A stretch of 64,000 nucleotides of DNA from Candidatus Daviesbacteria bacterium (GTDB taxonomy: Bacteria; Patescibacteriota; Microgenomatia; Daviesbacterales; UBA10151), in NCBI GenBank assembly GCA_016183305.1, contig JACPEW010000006.1, positions 2,317 to 66,316 of the forward strand, read 5' to 3'. The stretch's first letter is position 1; each line of letters begins with the position of its first letter. The translations under genes and the position numbers were made by a program. The notes beneath the pieces are model-generated. The model saw only the letters and a list, made by a program, of their open reading frames with translations, made no database searches and was not told where the DNA came from. This document shows, piece after piece, positions 63,597-64,000 of this stretch.

Positions 63597-64000
63597 AATT
63601 TTACCGCTGCTTGATCATCTATATATTTTCCAGGTTTTGGAATATAAACCAATTTTTTTTATTAGTTGGTTTTTAAAACATCTTTTTGCCAGAAACCTAC
63701 AAAGAAAACACCGGTTAGAATACACTTCTAAAATAAAATTGCTGCTGCTTTTTACTTTAGGTTGGATCTATTTATCTTGGCAATCTATTGGATTATTTTT
63801 AACCTTCCTTGTTCTTGTATTTATATCTCCAATATTTATCCTGTTGGGATTTATCACTTATCTGCCTTTGGATATTTATTTTAAAAGAAAAATTCTAAAT
63901 CAAGCAAAAGAAAAACTGGCTGCTTTACCAAAACTAAAAATTATTGCTATCACTGGCTCATATGGTAAAACCTCAACTAAAGATATGCTTTATACCCTGC
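63577..64000 (+). CDS. murF: MurF-type ligase with N-terminal TM segments, truncated by window edge
   Basis: In-frame IAITGSYGKTSTKD after hydrophobic segments. Confidence 0.8.
   Translation, partial: MLKTLSKILPLLDHLYIFQVLEYKPIFFISWFLKHLFARNLQRKHRLEYTSKIKLLLLFTLGWIYLSWQSIGLFLTFLVLVFISPIFILLGFITYLPLDIYFKRKILNQAKEKLAALPKLKIIAITGSYGKTSTKDMLYTL

Overview
AT-rich bacterial chromosome segment, standard code 11. Gene content points by inference to a Patescibacteria/CPR genome, probably Microgenomates-like: archaeal-type TyrRS, short PheT and AtpH, a large type IV pilus locus, and TM-anchored MurF. Housekeeping blocks: gatD end, tRNA-Leu, tRNA-Val, thrS-infC-rpmI-rplT-pheST, PBP1A, tRNA-Tyr, three GT2 glycosyltransferases, a split F1Fo ATP synthase operon, tyrS, recG, rpmF-nusB-acp-rnc-rpsP-khpA-trmD, a 12-pilin T4P cluster, holB, gyrB, a murC-murD fusion and murF. 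The best hidden signals are: (1) a small cassette-like array beside tRNA-Tyr (TA modules, a kinase, an IPT pseudogene), where each unit is headed by a start-less peptide tail conserved by synonymous changes (LVNVSxTIIPGLSFxELEIY) and three units share an invariant 16-bp core; (2) a REP-associated Y1 transposase whose flanking palindrome recurs in-frame inside pheT, recG, holB, murC, murD and a GT; (3) a Thr-rich leader-peptide attenuator upstream of thrS; (4) further palindromic and heptamer repeat families invading coding sequence; (5) a CsoSCA-like beta-carbonic anhydrase inside the atp operon. Deletion scars in rpmI and atpA may be assembly errors. No database searches were run; all protein calls come from motif recognition.
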